From NCBI RefSeq assembly GCF_006345805.1, contig NW_021823606.1, positions 1 through 21,638 of the forward strand: a stretch of 21,638 bases of DNA, written 5' to 3'. Origin of the DNA: Octopus sinensis (Eukaryota). This document shows, one piece after another, positions 9,644-20,381 of this stretch. Under the pieces are notes generated by a model. It worked only from the letters and a program-made list of their open reading frames with translations, was not told the origin of the DNA and searched no databases. How positions within the stretch are numbered: position 1 is the stretch's first letter; each line of letters opens with the position of its first letter. The position numbers and the translations under genes are program-made.

Positions 9644-9669
9644 TAGCTAGTGTACCGGGTAATTCCCGG
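9643..9669 (-). mobile_element. Helitron-type 3' terminus (hairpin plus CTAG); extent of the element body unknown
   Basis: The minus strand reads ccggg-aatta-cccgg (hairpin, 9655-9669), then 8 nt, then CTAG (9646-9643) followed by T in the (TA)n tract. This is the standard Helitron 3' signature. Confidence 0.55.
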
Positions 9670-9795
9670 GGGTAAATATGTTCTATTGAAACGCCTTATT
9701 ACTCTGATATAAGAAGCAATTTGGTTATAATGCCACAAAAGGTGTATTTTCCGTCACGAAAATGTACAAAAACTGTCAGCTGGAGGAGGGAGAAA

Positions 9796-9865
9796 TTGTT
9801 GGAGGTTGGCAAAAGAGGTTTTTCGGAGGTTGGCGAGAAAGATTGTCGGAGGTTTGTGAGAGAGG
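9796..9865. repeat. Imperfect 23-24 bp minisatellite x3
   Basis: The core ggaggtt(g/t)g occurs at 9801, 9825 and 9848. Confidence 0.75.
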
Positions 9866-10482
9866 TTATATAAACATATGAATGAAGTGTTTGAAGAAAG
9901 TGCAATAATAACATTCACACTCACTGATGGTCGCTCTCAGTAACTGCCTTTAGCTTACGGAGTTCTTGTTTTTATAACTATCAAAAAGCAGCCAGAAGAT
10001 TAGACATTGTTGAGAACAAATGGTTTCGTTGGAGGTCTGTTATCTCCATTCCATCCAGTGGTGGCCTTGAAGAGGTTAGAAGGGTCAAGTGGCAAAGACA
10101 TTATTCTGCTTAGCGAAGGCATCTGGGAAATGTATAACTGCTGTCATTCATAGAAAAACTATTGTTTTACCGCGAGAAAAGCGCTGTTGAAGTGTTAAGT
10201 GAAATTCGGCAACCGAGGATCGAATCCACGCTATGCCTGTATGAAGCCACTACAAATATGTTATGGAATAAAAAATTTATCTGCTCTCATGGATAAAGTG
10301 TAACTGTAAAAATGCAGAATTATCAGAGTAATGGGCATATATATGTGTGTGTGTCCACAATATATGTATGTATATATACACCTGATGTATTTAATTTTGT
10401 GGAAATACCTACAAATTTTAAACAAAGTTTTTCAAACACACACACACACATGCTCACTTATGTGTTTATGTATATGCTTATG

Positions 10483-10557
10483 TAAATATGATGTATTTAA
10501 TTTGTTTTTAATCGTAGCCAGGAGGACGTTGTAGAAATATTAGTGAAAGAAAATGGA
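10483..10557. repeat. Diverged direct repeat, partner at 12080-12151
   Basis: taaatatgatgtatttaatttgtttttaatcgtagccagg...tgtagaaatattagtgaaagaaaatgga versus taaatatagtgtgtttaattgtttgaatcgtaatcagg...tgtaaaagtattattgaaagaaaataga. Both follow a (CA)n tract. Confidence 0.7.
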
Positions 10558-11980
10558 TGAGATAGTTCAAAAAGTTAGAGAAGCACTGTTGAAAACCGAA
10601 ACACTTGCAATTAGAATAAAGCATTCTTTTAATTCCATGAAACGCCTACAGTGAATTATAACGTATGATCTGACAGTACAATACATCGTTTATGTGAGTG
10701 CTTCACTTCAACACAATGTTTCTCTAACTATGAATTTATAAGTTGAAGTGAAGATTTTAAACACGAACCTATTAATAAGAAAAGTTGTATTGATGAAAAA
10801 TATTAAAAGAAAACAAAACAGAACAAAAAAACTTTTGTAAAATATATTTAAAATAAATTGATATAAAGTAGAATCCTAATTTTAAAAAAGAATTATAAAA
10901 AGCATGAAACTCCACATTAATTACTCGCAAATATTTACCACACAAAATTAAGATTTATTACTGTTTGTGGTTATGTTAAAAAATTGGTTACTATATTTCG
11001 TTTTTGGATTTGGTTTGCAAGATTCTTTATATGAGTTCGTGTGTTGAAGCATATTCTGTTGTGTCTGGGGAGAGTCATTTTCTTTTTGTGCCTTATAATT
11101 TAACACACTCACCGGTAAAATTTCCACTTATTTCTTATTTTTATTTTTCTAAAATTTTCGTTGCGTCCTGCAACCTTTTCAATATGGTATTAACAATGTA
11201 ATGTAAATAGCAAAAATTTATTTTACAACTTTGAGTCCGTGCTTGCAAGGTTTTTATAGGTAATGCCAAAAGTTATAAAGTTAATGTACTGTAAAGTAGT
11301 ATATGCAGAACCGGTAGAGCTCCGGAAAGAATGCTTTGTGGAATTTAATACGTTCTGTGATCCAGTCACTCAGAGGTCTCCTTCCTGATGAATCCCTTTA
11401 ATATTAAACTACAAAGAATACTAGCCACATAATTTGACAGTCATTCCTCATTTTCCCACCCCAAATAATAAACAATGTATACATATTTAAAATATAGCTA
11501 CAGGTGCCTCAAAACTAAATGCCAATTATTGCGTAAAATTTATAATGATTAACTATACAAGTAATTATCACAGACTTATTCTCCATAGTTTCGACAGCAA
11601 AACTATGTAATGTCACTTGTTCTAAACAAAGAAATATGTATTACTCTAATGCGCACATCGAGTCTTTTTTCTTGTTTATACTTCTATTAGGTAGTATTTG
11701 TTCAACAGTTTCTCATTCCCTCAAGACTCCTCAGTAAACTAAGCATACCAACTGAAAATAATCAGGTATAATAATGTATATGTGTGTGTGTGTGTGTATT
11801 ATAGTATCAATATATATATATTGGTTATAATATCTCGAATATCATTATTATTATTGCACGATATCCAATCGTTTCATATCCGTACAAGTCCAGCCCTAAC
11901 ATCTCTTTCATTTCTATGGTAGTCACTAACATTCCGACAGCATTTATTACTCGCTGTTTGCTTCTTATCGTCTTGCTCGA

Positions 11981-11992
11981 ACACACACACAC

Positions 11993-12052
<60 letters not shown>
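11981..12052. repeat. (CA)n microsatellite
   Basis: Direct reading. Confidence 0.95.
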
Positions 12053-12054
<2 letters not shown>

Positions 12055-12079
12055 ACGTGCATATGTGCATATGCATATA

Positions 12080-12151
12080 TAAATATAGTGTGTTTAATTG
12101 TTTGAATCGTAATCAGGGGTCACTGTAAAAGTATTATTGAAAGAAAATAGA
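12080..12151. repeat. Diverged direct repeat, partner at 10483-10557
   Basis: See 10483-10557. Confidence 0.7.
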
Positions 12152-12621
12152 GCTGATTTTGCTGTTGGCTATGAGGAATTAGAGTCTAACTGCTAATATA
12201 GCAGTCATATTAGCTACACATTCACGCAGTTGTTGTCAGTGGTGACGCCTTGTCTAGGACCAGTCTGACTCTGGAAATGATGACAGTAGTAATTTAGTAC
12301 TTGTGTTCATTCTTTTCTGTTAGAGTTCTCTATATCTTAGGTTACTTGTGTTCTCCATGGCTTGGAGCCCAACTTTCCCCGATAGGCAAAATGTGCTCTT
12401 GCGCACCAAACCAGAAATTTCACCAAGCCAGTCCAATGACTTATATGTTCATGGCTTGTAAAATCATGAGCTGAAGGTGTTTTAGCACCGGCGACATGAG
12501 AGTTATACACTTCGCTACGCCATTGCAGCCACCGGAAAATACACAAGGCATATACATTAGTACATCAATGTATAAGAAACTCTTGCTTTTTGAATTTTAA
12601 AGAACATGTTGCTACGTAGAA

Positions 12622-12625
12622 ACGC

Positions 12626-12709
<84 letters not shown>

Positions 12710-13010
12710 GCACGCACACGCACACGCACACGCACACGCACTCACACGCACACGCACGTGCAGACATATATGTATTTATATCATATATATTGCATATTAT
12801 ATTATATATGTATATATATCATATATTATATAGATATGTAAATATATATGTATATATACAAACACCTGACAACTGATGAAGGGTCATTTTGTGTATTACT
12901 TGTCTTGTTTTCTATTTCTTTTCTCTCGTTGTTTGAGTATTAACTCATTTGTTTTCGTATTTCATGTTGTTTATTGTTGGTGATGTCCTGTACCCATATA
13001 TACATGTATG

Positions 13011-13063
<53 letters not shown>

Positions 13064-13204
13064 ATGTATATGTATATATATATATACACATGCACATATA
13101 TATGTGTATATATACTTATACATATGTATAAATATATATATGTGTGTGTGTGGGTGGGTGGGTGTGTATGCGTGTATATACATGTATGGGTCGGTATGTG
13201 TATG
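12622..13204. repeat. Microsatellite cluster: (CA)n/(CACG)n at 12622-12757, degenerate (TA)n at 12764-12860, (TA)n/(TG)n at 12996-13204
   Basis: Direct reading. Confidence 0.9.
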
Positions 13205-13565
13205 TAAAACTATTGAGTCAAAATGAGAGACAATCAATTCATGAAATTTAAAAAAATCCATCAGAAAACGAAGATAATTTAATTACATTCCATGTTAAAA
13301 AATTTTTTTTTAACAATTCATCTTTTCCCTTAAGAATTTTGTGTTAGTTTTTGTTTTTCCTTAATATGAATTCACTGCTCTTTAATATATTCTCCTTTTT
13401 GTATAATTTAATACAATGGTTTTTGGAATTGTGAAGAAATTGCTTTAATCGTACGAAATATTGAAAAAGAAATTAAAGAAGTTAAATTGTGTGAAAAGTT
13501 ATTTTTTTTGTAATGAACATTTCACTCTATGCTCACACACAAAAATAAATATACTCGGACAATGA

Positions 13566-13770
13566 CGCATACACATATACACATACAGGAACACATATAA
13601 ACACACATGCACACACACACACACACACAAACACACACAACTACACACATGCGTGTATACTCATACATTGACTCACACATGCAAATACATGCATACACAT
13701 ACGTGTACAAACATACATTCACACACAAATACACATACGTATATTATATACACGAACTCACACATACATA
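13566..13770. repeat. Degenerate (CA)n/(CATA)n low-complexity tract
   Basis: Direct reading. Confidence 0.85.
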
Positions 13771-13799
13771 CACGGACACATGTAGACACGTAGCGTTAA

Positions 13800-13890
13800 A
13801 AGGATCACCGTCGGTTTCGACGATGAGTATTCTGTTTGTTCGATCAATTGAATTGCTTGCTCATTAAATTAGGGCATCAAGTGGTTGAGT
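13800..13890 (-). mobile_element. 3' tail fragment of SINE family S2, tail type a
   Basis: caccgtcggtttcgacgatgagtattctgtttgttcgatcaattgaattgcttgctcattaaatta...caagtggttgagta aligns with 8797-8875 (cactccgtcg...gggttccagttgatcccatcaacggaacagcctactcgtgaaatta...caagtggctgagca). Confidence 0.65.
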
Positions 13891-14134
13891 ATATGCCCGG
13901 CGAACAGCAAGGATGAAAACGATAAGTTACATAATATAGTGTGTTATGAACATACATATATGTGAAAGGAGAAATTGTTATATAATGTCAAAACAACAGC
14001 GATAAGGATACCCACATTCGAATCTGCCGGTTGGCAGAGAGCAGTACGTAACTTTAAATGATTTGCAAACAAAAGCCACAGACTCTTATCAGATTGATTA
14101 GTACGGCATAGATCTTGCTGAGGAAATGATGCCG

Positions 14135-14185
14135 AAACATCCCTTACGTTGTTCTAAACACCCCTTACGTTGTCCTAAACTCCCC
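14135..14185. repeat. 21-bp tandem repeat x2.4
   Basis: aaacatcccttacgttgttct / aaacaccccttacgttgtcct / aaactcccc. Confidence 0.9.
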
Positions 14186-14757
14186 ATCTGAAAAGACGAA
14201 ATACAACAGCAATTAGTTCGAATCTGCCAGAACGTATTAAGAATAAATATGTGAGTCATAATTTTGATTTTCACTGTTTACCACGAACATGATGATTATT
14301 ATTGGTTGGCAGGTATCAACACGTATCAATAAATAATTTTTAAATAGTTTGCTGAAGTTATGAACAAGAGTTCCAAACTCTTGTTAGATCCATTGGGCTG
14401 GGATGACCTTAGCTGAGGAGAAACAAGGTTGTCGAAACACTAGGGTAAGCCTTTGTTTTGATTCTAGCTGTTCATCGTACACATGATGATTTAACATTTA
14501 GTACCTTAGAATTTAATTAAACAAATTTCTCATTTGTATATTTGCAATAAATATATATCATTATTATCCTAAATTTTATCAACAAACCGCAATCTACGCT
14601 ATCAAGAAAACCTTTCTCTGCAACATTTCATTGGAGAGTATTTATTTTTCAGAAAGTTATCATTACCTACCTCTAAAAGTCGCAATTACACCAATTCCGC
14701 ACCTATTGTGTTATATTCATTTGTACCTCTTTCTCAATATGTAAAGCGTGACAGGAG

Positions 14758-14850
14758 AACCAACCAACCAACCAACCAACCAACCAACCAACCAACCAAC
14801 CACCAACCAACCAACCAACCAACCAACCAGCCAGCCAGCCAACCAGCCAA
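14758..14850. repeat. (AACC)n-(AGCC)n microsatellite
   Basis: Direct reading. Confidence 0.95.
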
Positions 14851-14889
14851 TCGACGATTCTCTATTTCTGCAAGCTCACAGCGCATAAT

Positions 14890-15070
14890 TATTTCTGGTT
14901 TAGGTACAAGGATGCAATCCCAGTATTTGACTGGTACTTTCTTTTATCGACCCCGGAATAATGAAAGGCAAAGTTGACCTCAGGGGAATCTGAATTCAGA
15001 AGGTAAAGAACCAGAAGAAATACTGCAAAGCATTTTGTTCTTCGTTCAAAGGAGTCTGCCAGCTCACCGC
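14890..15070 (-). mobile_element. SINE family S1 copy
   Basis: cccagtatttgactggtacttt...atcgaccccggaataatgaaaggcaaagttgacctc...tgaattcagaa...aaatactgcaaagcatttt...tctgccagctcaccgc is the reverse complement of S1. Confidence 0.85.
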
Positions 15071-15103
15071 ACTAAGACCTGCATTGAATGCGAGAACGTG
15101 CAG

Positions 15104-15190
15104 TCGAATAAACCGATTCCACTATTGTTCTGGTACTAATTTTATTGATCTCCGCATGTTGAAAAGTAATATGAACTGCTGTGTGGATTA
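15104..15190 (-). mobile_element. Strongly decayed SINE S1 fragment
   Basis: gtcgaataaaccgattcc...ctggtactaattttattgatctccg...tgaaaagtaa follows the reverse complement of the S1 body. Confidence 0.45.
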
Positions 15191-15299
15191 AACAAAAGAA
15201 CCTATAATATTCTCAATATGAGTTTTAAGATGTTAAGATAACATTGAATTAAGAGTAATAAAGTTATATAATTATTTAAGTACTATTCCATATTTTAAC

Positions 15300-15595
15300 C
15301 AGATGCCTAGGATACTGGGAGAAGACAGATACAAGCAGAAATATGATAAGGTCCTTTCAGAAATCGCCAAGTGGGAGAAACTGCAAAGAGTCAAGGCTAA
15401 CAAACATCAGCAACTACCACCACCAAAGGGTATTAGATTTCTAAAGGAAGGCATCATGCAGCTTCATTCCCCATTGAAGTCGGCTACTGCGGCTTTCCAG
15501 CGAGATCGGTGCGCTATTTCCTACAGAGAATAGGTTGAAGAGCCAAACAACTGATGAAAGCCACGAAGGAGATAGGCACGACAGATGAAACATAC
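15300..15595 (+). mobile_element. Decayed RLE-type non-LTR retrotransposon (HERO/NeSL/R2-like), C-terminal ORF fragment, left part
   Basis: PRILGEDRYKQKYDKVLSEIA...IRFLKEG resembles the CPKALGEGRYxWRHDQVLxxIA...IxFVRxG segment after the CCHC motif. A second frame gives FPIEVGYCGFPARSVRYFLQRIG*RAKQLMKATKEIGTTDETY, resembling PIEVGCRGF...AExASRWLW. Confidence 0.75.
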
Positions 15596-15975
15596 TCTAG
15601 AAACATTCTCTAGAAAAATGACGACGCTGTGGTGATCTCATTCTTGCTCCCAACATCATAAGCGGAAAGTGTAACCTCTCGAAAGAGCTGTTCTTCACTC
15701 CTGCTCCAGAGCGTCGGCTGCGGGTTCACTCCGAAAAGCTCTATCTGCGACGATTTCATCTCAATCGAAGGAGAGGGGCTTTCTCCGTCCGGGTTGCGGA
15801 TCCATGGAATAAGCTGCCGGACGAGATAGTGAAGATGCCGACGACCGCTCGGTTCAAAGTCTCTCTTGACCAGAAATGGCCTGAACTCTTTGCATGAACA
15901 CCACCCTGTACATAACTCCATGTCCCCCTACATGGCCTTGCTTTTTGCATTTTGAGCCAAAAAATTAACTTAACT
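15596..15975 (+). mobile_element. 5'-truncated CR1-clade LINE (ORF2 C-terminus plus 3' UTR)
   Basis: 15607-15897 translates as SLEK*RRCGDLILAPNIISGKCNLSKELFFTPAPERRLRVHSEKLYLRRFHLNRRRGAFSVRVADPWNKLPDEIVKMPTTARFKVSLDQKWPELFA*, with the CR1 motifs SLExRRxRGDLI, RGHxxKL, FSxRVxxxWNxLP and FKxxLD. There is a 3' hairpin ccatgt/acatgg (15918-15935) and a (TTAAC)2 tail. Confidence 0.92.
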
Positions 15976-16130
15976 ATACGCAAAGTGGTTATGGCTGATA
16001 AGAGACCACAAGTGAAACTTTTCCGCTAGCGAAGACTAGTTCAGTCTTCGCTGCCCCACTCAAGCGAAGCATATAGACGAAACCTGTTGACACTACCGAA
16101 AGTTTTCCAGCATTGCATGGATTTAGAAAA
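15976..16130 (+). mobile_element. RLE-type retrotransposon, right part (ORF end AKWLWLIRDHK* and probable 3' UTR)
   Basis: 15980-16015 continues the reading frame interrupted at 15595. A perfect 10-bp hairpin lies at 16028-16052. The right boundary is uncertain. Confidence 0.7.
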
Positions 16131-16953
16131 GCTTGTAAGACCCCTGAGTAGCTCCTGCTGTTTCTACGTCGGGCACAGATCTCAGATATTTATTTCGCCT
16201 ATCTAGTAACTTATATAGTGAGAAATATTATGTATGCTATCAGTAATGTTAGAAATATCTTTTACCTGTGAAATAACATCTTAGTTCCTCCTCTTTGATT
16301 CTTTCGCTCTCTCTCTCTCTCTCTCTCTCTCATCAACAGCCTAGAGTCTTTTCTTTATTTCACAATTCCATTATTCCATTTTCAGCGTATTTTCCCTCGT
16401 TTGTTTTCAACATGACAATAAAGCAGAAAAAATTCCAGACATAAAAATATAAAGAGATTAAGAGAAGCAGAAGAATAAAAACAAAAGAAAAGAAATCGTT
16501 TCGTAGGTGGTGCTATCAGATCATTATTTCTTACAATATATTTGTTAAATGATCGCTATAGTGTGTCACCATATTGAATTCTCATGAGCATTGATCTGCT
16601 TATCTTTACATTCGCCATGGTTCTACACAACAGGAAGCAAATTGCTCATATTTTGTTACTGCAGAGTTATTTAATAATTCATTCATCTATTATTTACTTA
16701 CTGAACAATCCGGAATATGGTAACATTAATGTATTTGTCAAAATTAAGCAAACAGCTTAAATTTGTCTTGTCTAAGCGCCTGTTCTTCCTGATAAATAAT
16801 TCCACATTTTGTTTTTAAAATTAAAACGTATGCTTATTTCGAGTTAATGGATTTAAGCAGAATACAATGTAAAACAGTATGTCGTGTGTTGGACAACATA
16901 TTTTGTTGTAAGGCATGAATTATATACTGCAATGTATTTCACTAAACAATGAT

Positions 16954-17309
<356 letters not shown>

Positions 17310-17397
17310 AGGTGATAATTTACCAAAAGGTGTAAAATAGATACAGATAGGATATCAGTTCTCCAGCAACATGAAATTCCTAAACTTTAATGCCCCA

Positions 17398-17673
17398 ATC
17401 ATAGGAGACGTAATCCAGCTGAACAAGAATTGACTATAGGAAACATACTAGTGGATCTAATGAAGGTAAAATAAAACAAAAATAAAATAGACAAGTAATT
17501 GTAAGTAATTGTTTAGTGTATCCAGGTATTTATAAATAAGTTGCACTATCATGGGAGACGTAATCCTTCTGAGTAAGAGTTGGCTATAGGAAACACACCG
17601 TTGGATCTAATGATAAAATAAAAGATGGACAAGGACTTCTTTAGGATATAAAGTATTATAAATAAGATGGACA
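17398..17673. repeat. Diverged tandem duplication, period about 150 bp (units start at 17398 and 17548)
   Basis: atcataggagacgtaatccagctgaacaagaattgactataggaaacatactagtggatctaatga versus atcatgggagacgtaatccttctgagtaagagttggctataggaaacacaccgttggatctaatga, with weaker similarity beyond. Confidence 0.9.
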
Positions 17674-18160
17674 AATATAAATGTAAATATAATTAAGTAG
17701 AAAACAATACAATAATCCATGGTCGTTCTTCATAAATAGACAGATAAGCATAAATGGGTTACATAAGCGAAAATACAATTGAAAAGAAAGGTGAAAATCC
17801 ACGGTAATCTTTTACAGTTATTTCAGGGACTGGGTAACAAATTGATGCAGTAATGTGCATTATGCACACATAGATATGTAATAAATTGACATTAACATAT
17901 AAATATGAAATAAGTCAATTTACGTTATAATCGTGCCGCCACCTAATCTCATCATCGGTTGAGATATTTCTTCAAGTACTATTAAAAGAATATAGTATAA
18001 AGTATAGAATATTTATACAAACAACATTGGAAGGACTATTGCTTTAGATAAAAATCATTTGCATGAAGCGTGAAAATACATGTAATCTTTGATCAACTGT
18101 ATCTTAAATACATAATCTTATAAAAGCTTATTTTAAAAATTTGAAGAAACGCAGGTTCAG

Positions 18161-18580
18161 GCCTGCGGGTGTGGTTGTGTGGTAAAAAATTTACTTCCAA
18201 ATCACATGGCTCCGGTTTCAGTCCCACTGCTTAGCACCTTGGGCAAATGTCTTCTACTATAGCCACAGAGCCGACAAAAGCCTTGTGAGTGGATTTGGTA
18301 GACGGAAATTGAAAGAAGCCCGTCGTATATATGTATATATTTATATATATCTATGCGTGAATGTGTGTCTTTGTGACTGTTCTTGTCTCTCCACCACTGC
18401 TTGACAACCTGTGCTAGTACGTTCACGATCCCGTAACCTTGCGGTTCGGTAAAAGAGACCGATAGAATAAGTACAAGGCTTTAAAAATAATAAGCGCTGG
18501 GGTCGATACATTTGACTAAAAGTTCTTGAAGACGGTTTCGCAGCACGGCCGAAGTCTAATGATTGAAACAAGTAGAAGAG
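18161..18580 (+). mobile_element. Near full-length tRNA-derived SINE, family S3, with an internal (TA)/(TG) tract
   Basis: A-box-like gtggttgtgtgg and B-box-like ggtttcagtccc; the body is homologous to 2037-2418; tail gattgaaacaagtagaagag. Confidence 0.9.
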
Positions 18581-20330
18581 TAAATGAATAAACATGGACA
18601 AGCGAGATAATTCAAGTTCAATTGGAATAAACTTCAATCATACCTACTTTTATTTTTTTGTATCTGGCAAATGAAATCCATCACTAAAGCGAGGTGTATA
18701 TGGATGTTCACCACTCAGCCACTTCGACATATGTGTTTGTAGTTCTATATCGTATCACTGTGTAAGGTGCTAAACGCTTCTTTATAATTTACTGAGTAAA
18801 TATATAATATCCCTATCCAAAAGGGGTAAAATTCCCAGCTCGATGGTAAATAACTGCAATATTATTAGAGACAATTATTCTATCTTTCGTGTACGAAACT
18901 ATCCATCAAAGTTGATAATTGTTATCGACTGATTTTAGAGAAAATGGAAGACTGGGAATTACAATGTTCATAACTTTGCAAAGGCATTACGGAAGTAAAA
19001 GAAATAATTACAACTAAGAATTGAATACATACCATAGATTGAGTTTGCCATGCTACCGGGCCTGTCTGTAAATTTGTTAATTCTAGCCATATCTATGATC
19101 TTTCGAGATGAAAATATAATCGGGCAGTATAGAAGATAGGATTTTAAAATGTTGTAGACACTACAGCGCTGAATCCGCATTTATAAGTGCTGTCAAAATG
19201 TATGTGTTGTTATTCTGTAACACATTAAACAAGTCATATTTAAAAAAATATACAGAAAACAATATTTCGCTAGATGGATGCTCAAATTCGATCCCAGTGA
19301 CATAGAAATATCACCAATCAAGAAATCACTTTATTGACTAAATATTACGCTGATCCAATATTTGATTATCTTGGCAGTAAATTGATCTTCAGACTGACTA
19401 ACGAATAACAAAGTTGTTCCATTTCAGACATTTTCTCCATCTTCTATATATCACAAAATCCCATTAAAAAAATATATAATCTGAAATGGTTTGCACGAAT
19501 GTATCTCATTTGTATCCTACTTAAAAAGTTTTTGCTTCGTCTTTGAGTTATCTAAATTGTATAATTAAACAAATACAACAGTGTATATGGATTTTTGAGT
19601 ATTATTAACAACTTCGTTGTTGGTATTTATACATCCTGTCCTCAGGTACCACATTTTACATATAAATTATACATTTATCTATTGTATATAAAGCATTGTA
19701 AAACCGATCTATAAAACCAGATCAGAATTACATCTAATATGGCCAACCTTTTGAATTATATATTTAAATGAAACATTTGTGAATTGTTATTCACAAAAGG
19801 CATGTACTGTTAACCGCCGTATTGTTCTTGAAAGTTCGACCTACCAATGCCTATATTTAAAAAATCTACTTTACTAAATCCTTTTGAGACCAAGTTTTTG
19901 TTAGTCACCTTTGTACTTTACCTTCAGTATAATCTGCAGAATTATCCTTTCTTTTCCTAACACAGTTCTGATGGATTCTTGTATGTTGTATTGATCTAAT
20001 TGTCTTATACGAGAATGAGTGACTAACAAGCGTTTCGTTCATTCGATCACGCATATCTACGCCATTATTTTATCTTACTAATACAGATACGCGGACCTTC
20101 TATCCGTCGTGTTTGAGGCATTTGTCTTTCTTTGACACGCACAGCATTATTCGCATGAAAACATACACATGTACACGCACACATACATGCACACATATGC
20201 GCACAAAAATTATCTTTATCTTCCATCCCTCTTCAAATAAAATAAATTCTTTTGACCTTCGTGTCCAACTCAAATTCTTTCACACATCACGTTATATAAC
20301 ATAACATACCGCAATTCTGTTTATTTATAT

Positions 20331-20339
20331 CATCATCAT

Positions 20340-20381
<42 letters not shown>

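Noticed and set aside
10082-10122. TGA at 10085-10087 (-) as a selenocysteine codon (…FAT-U-PF*)
   Set aside because: No SECIS-like element was recognised downstream and there is no selenoprotein motif.
11260-11400. Open frames on both strands (VMPKVIK...CDPVTQRSPS* on +; DSSGRRPLSDWITERIKF... on -)
   Set aside because: They are short, have no recognisable homology and lack a convincing pair of splice sites.
11700-11740. Minus-strand CTGAGGA...GAAAC-t-GTT
   Set aside because: Stem II barely pairs and stem III has a 1-nt loop, which is compatible with chance.
12277-12400. C-box-like ATGATGA as the start of a C/D snoRNA
   Set aside because: There is no D box (CTGA) with a terminal stem at a plausible distance.
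12873-12995. CTGATGA at 12873-12879 as a hammerhead core
   Set aside because: There is no GAAA/stem III partner downstream or upstream at a usable distance.
14113-14145. CTGAGGA-aatgatgcc-GAAAC
   Set aside because: There is no stem II pairing, no GUH closing stem III and no stem I.
15610-15983. Minus-strand ORFs 15610-15921 and 15756-15983
   Set aside because: They are antisense shadows of the CR1 fragment; the recognisable motifs are on the + strand.
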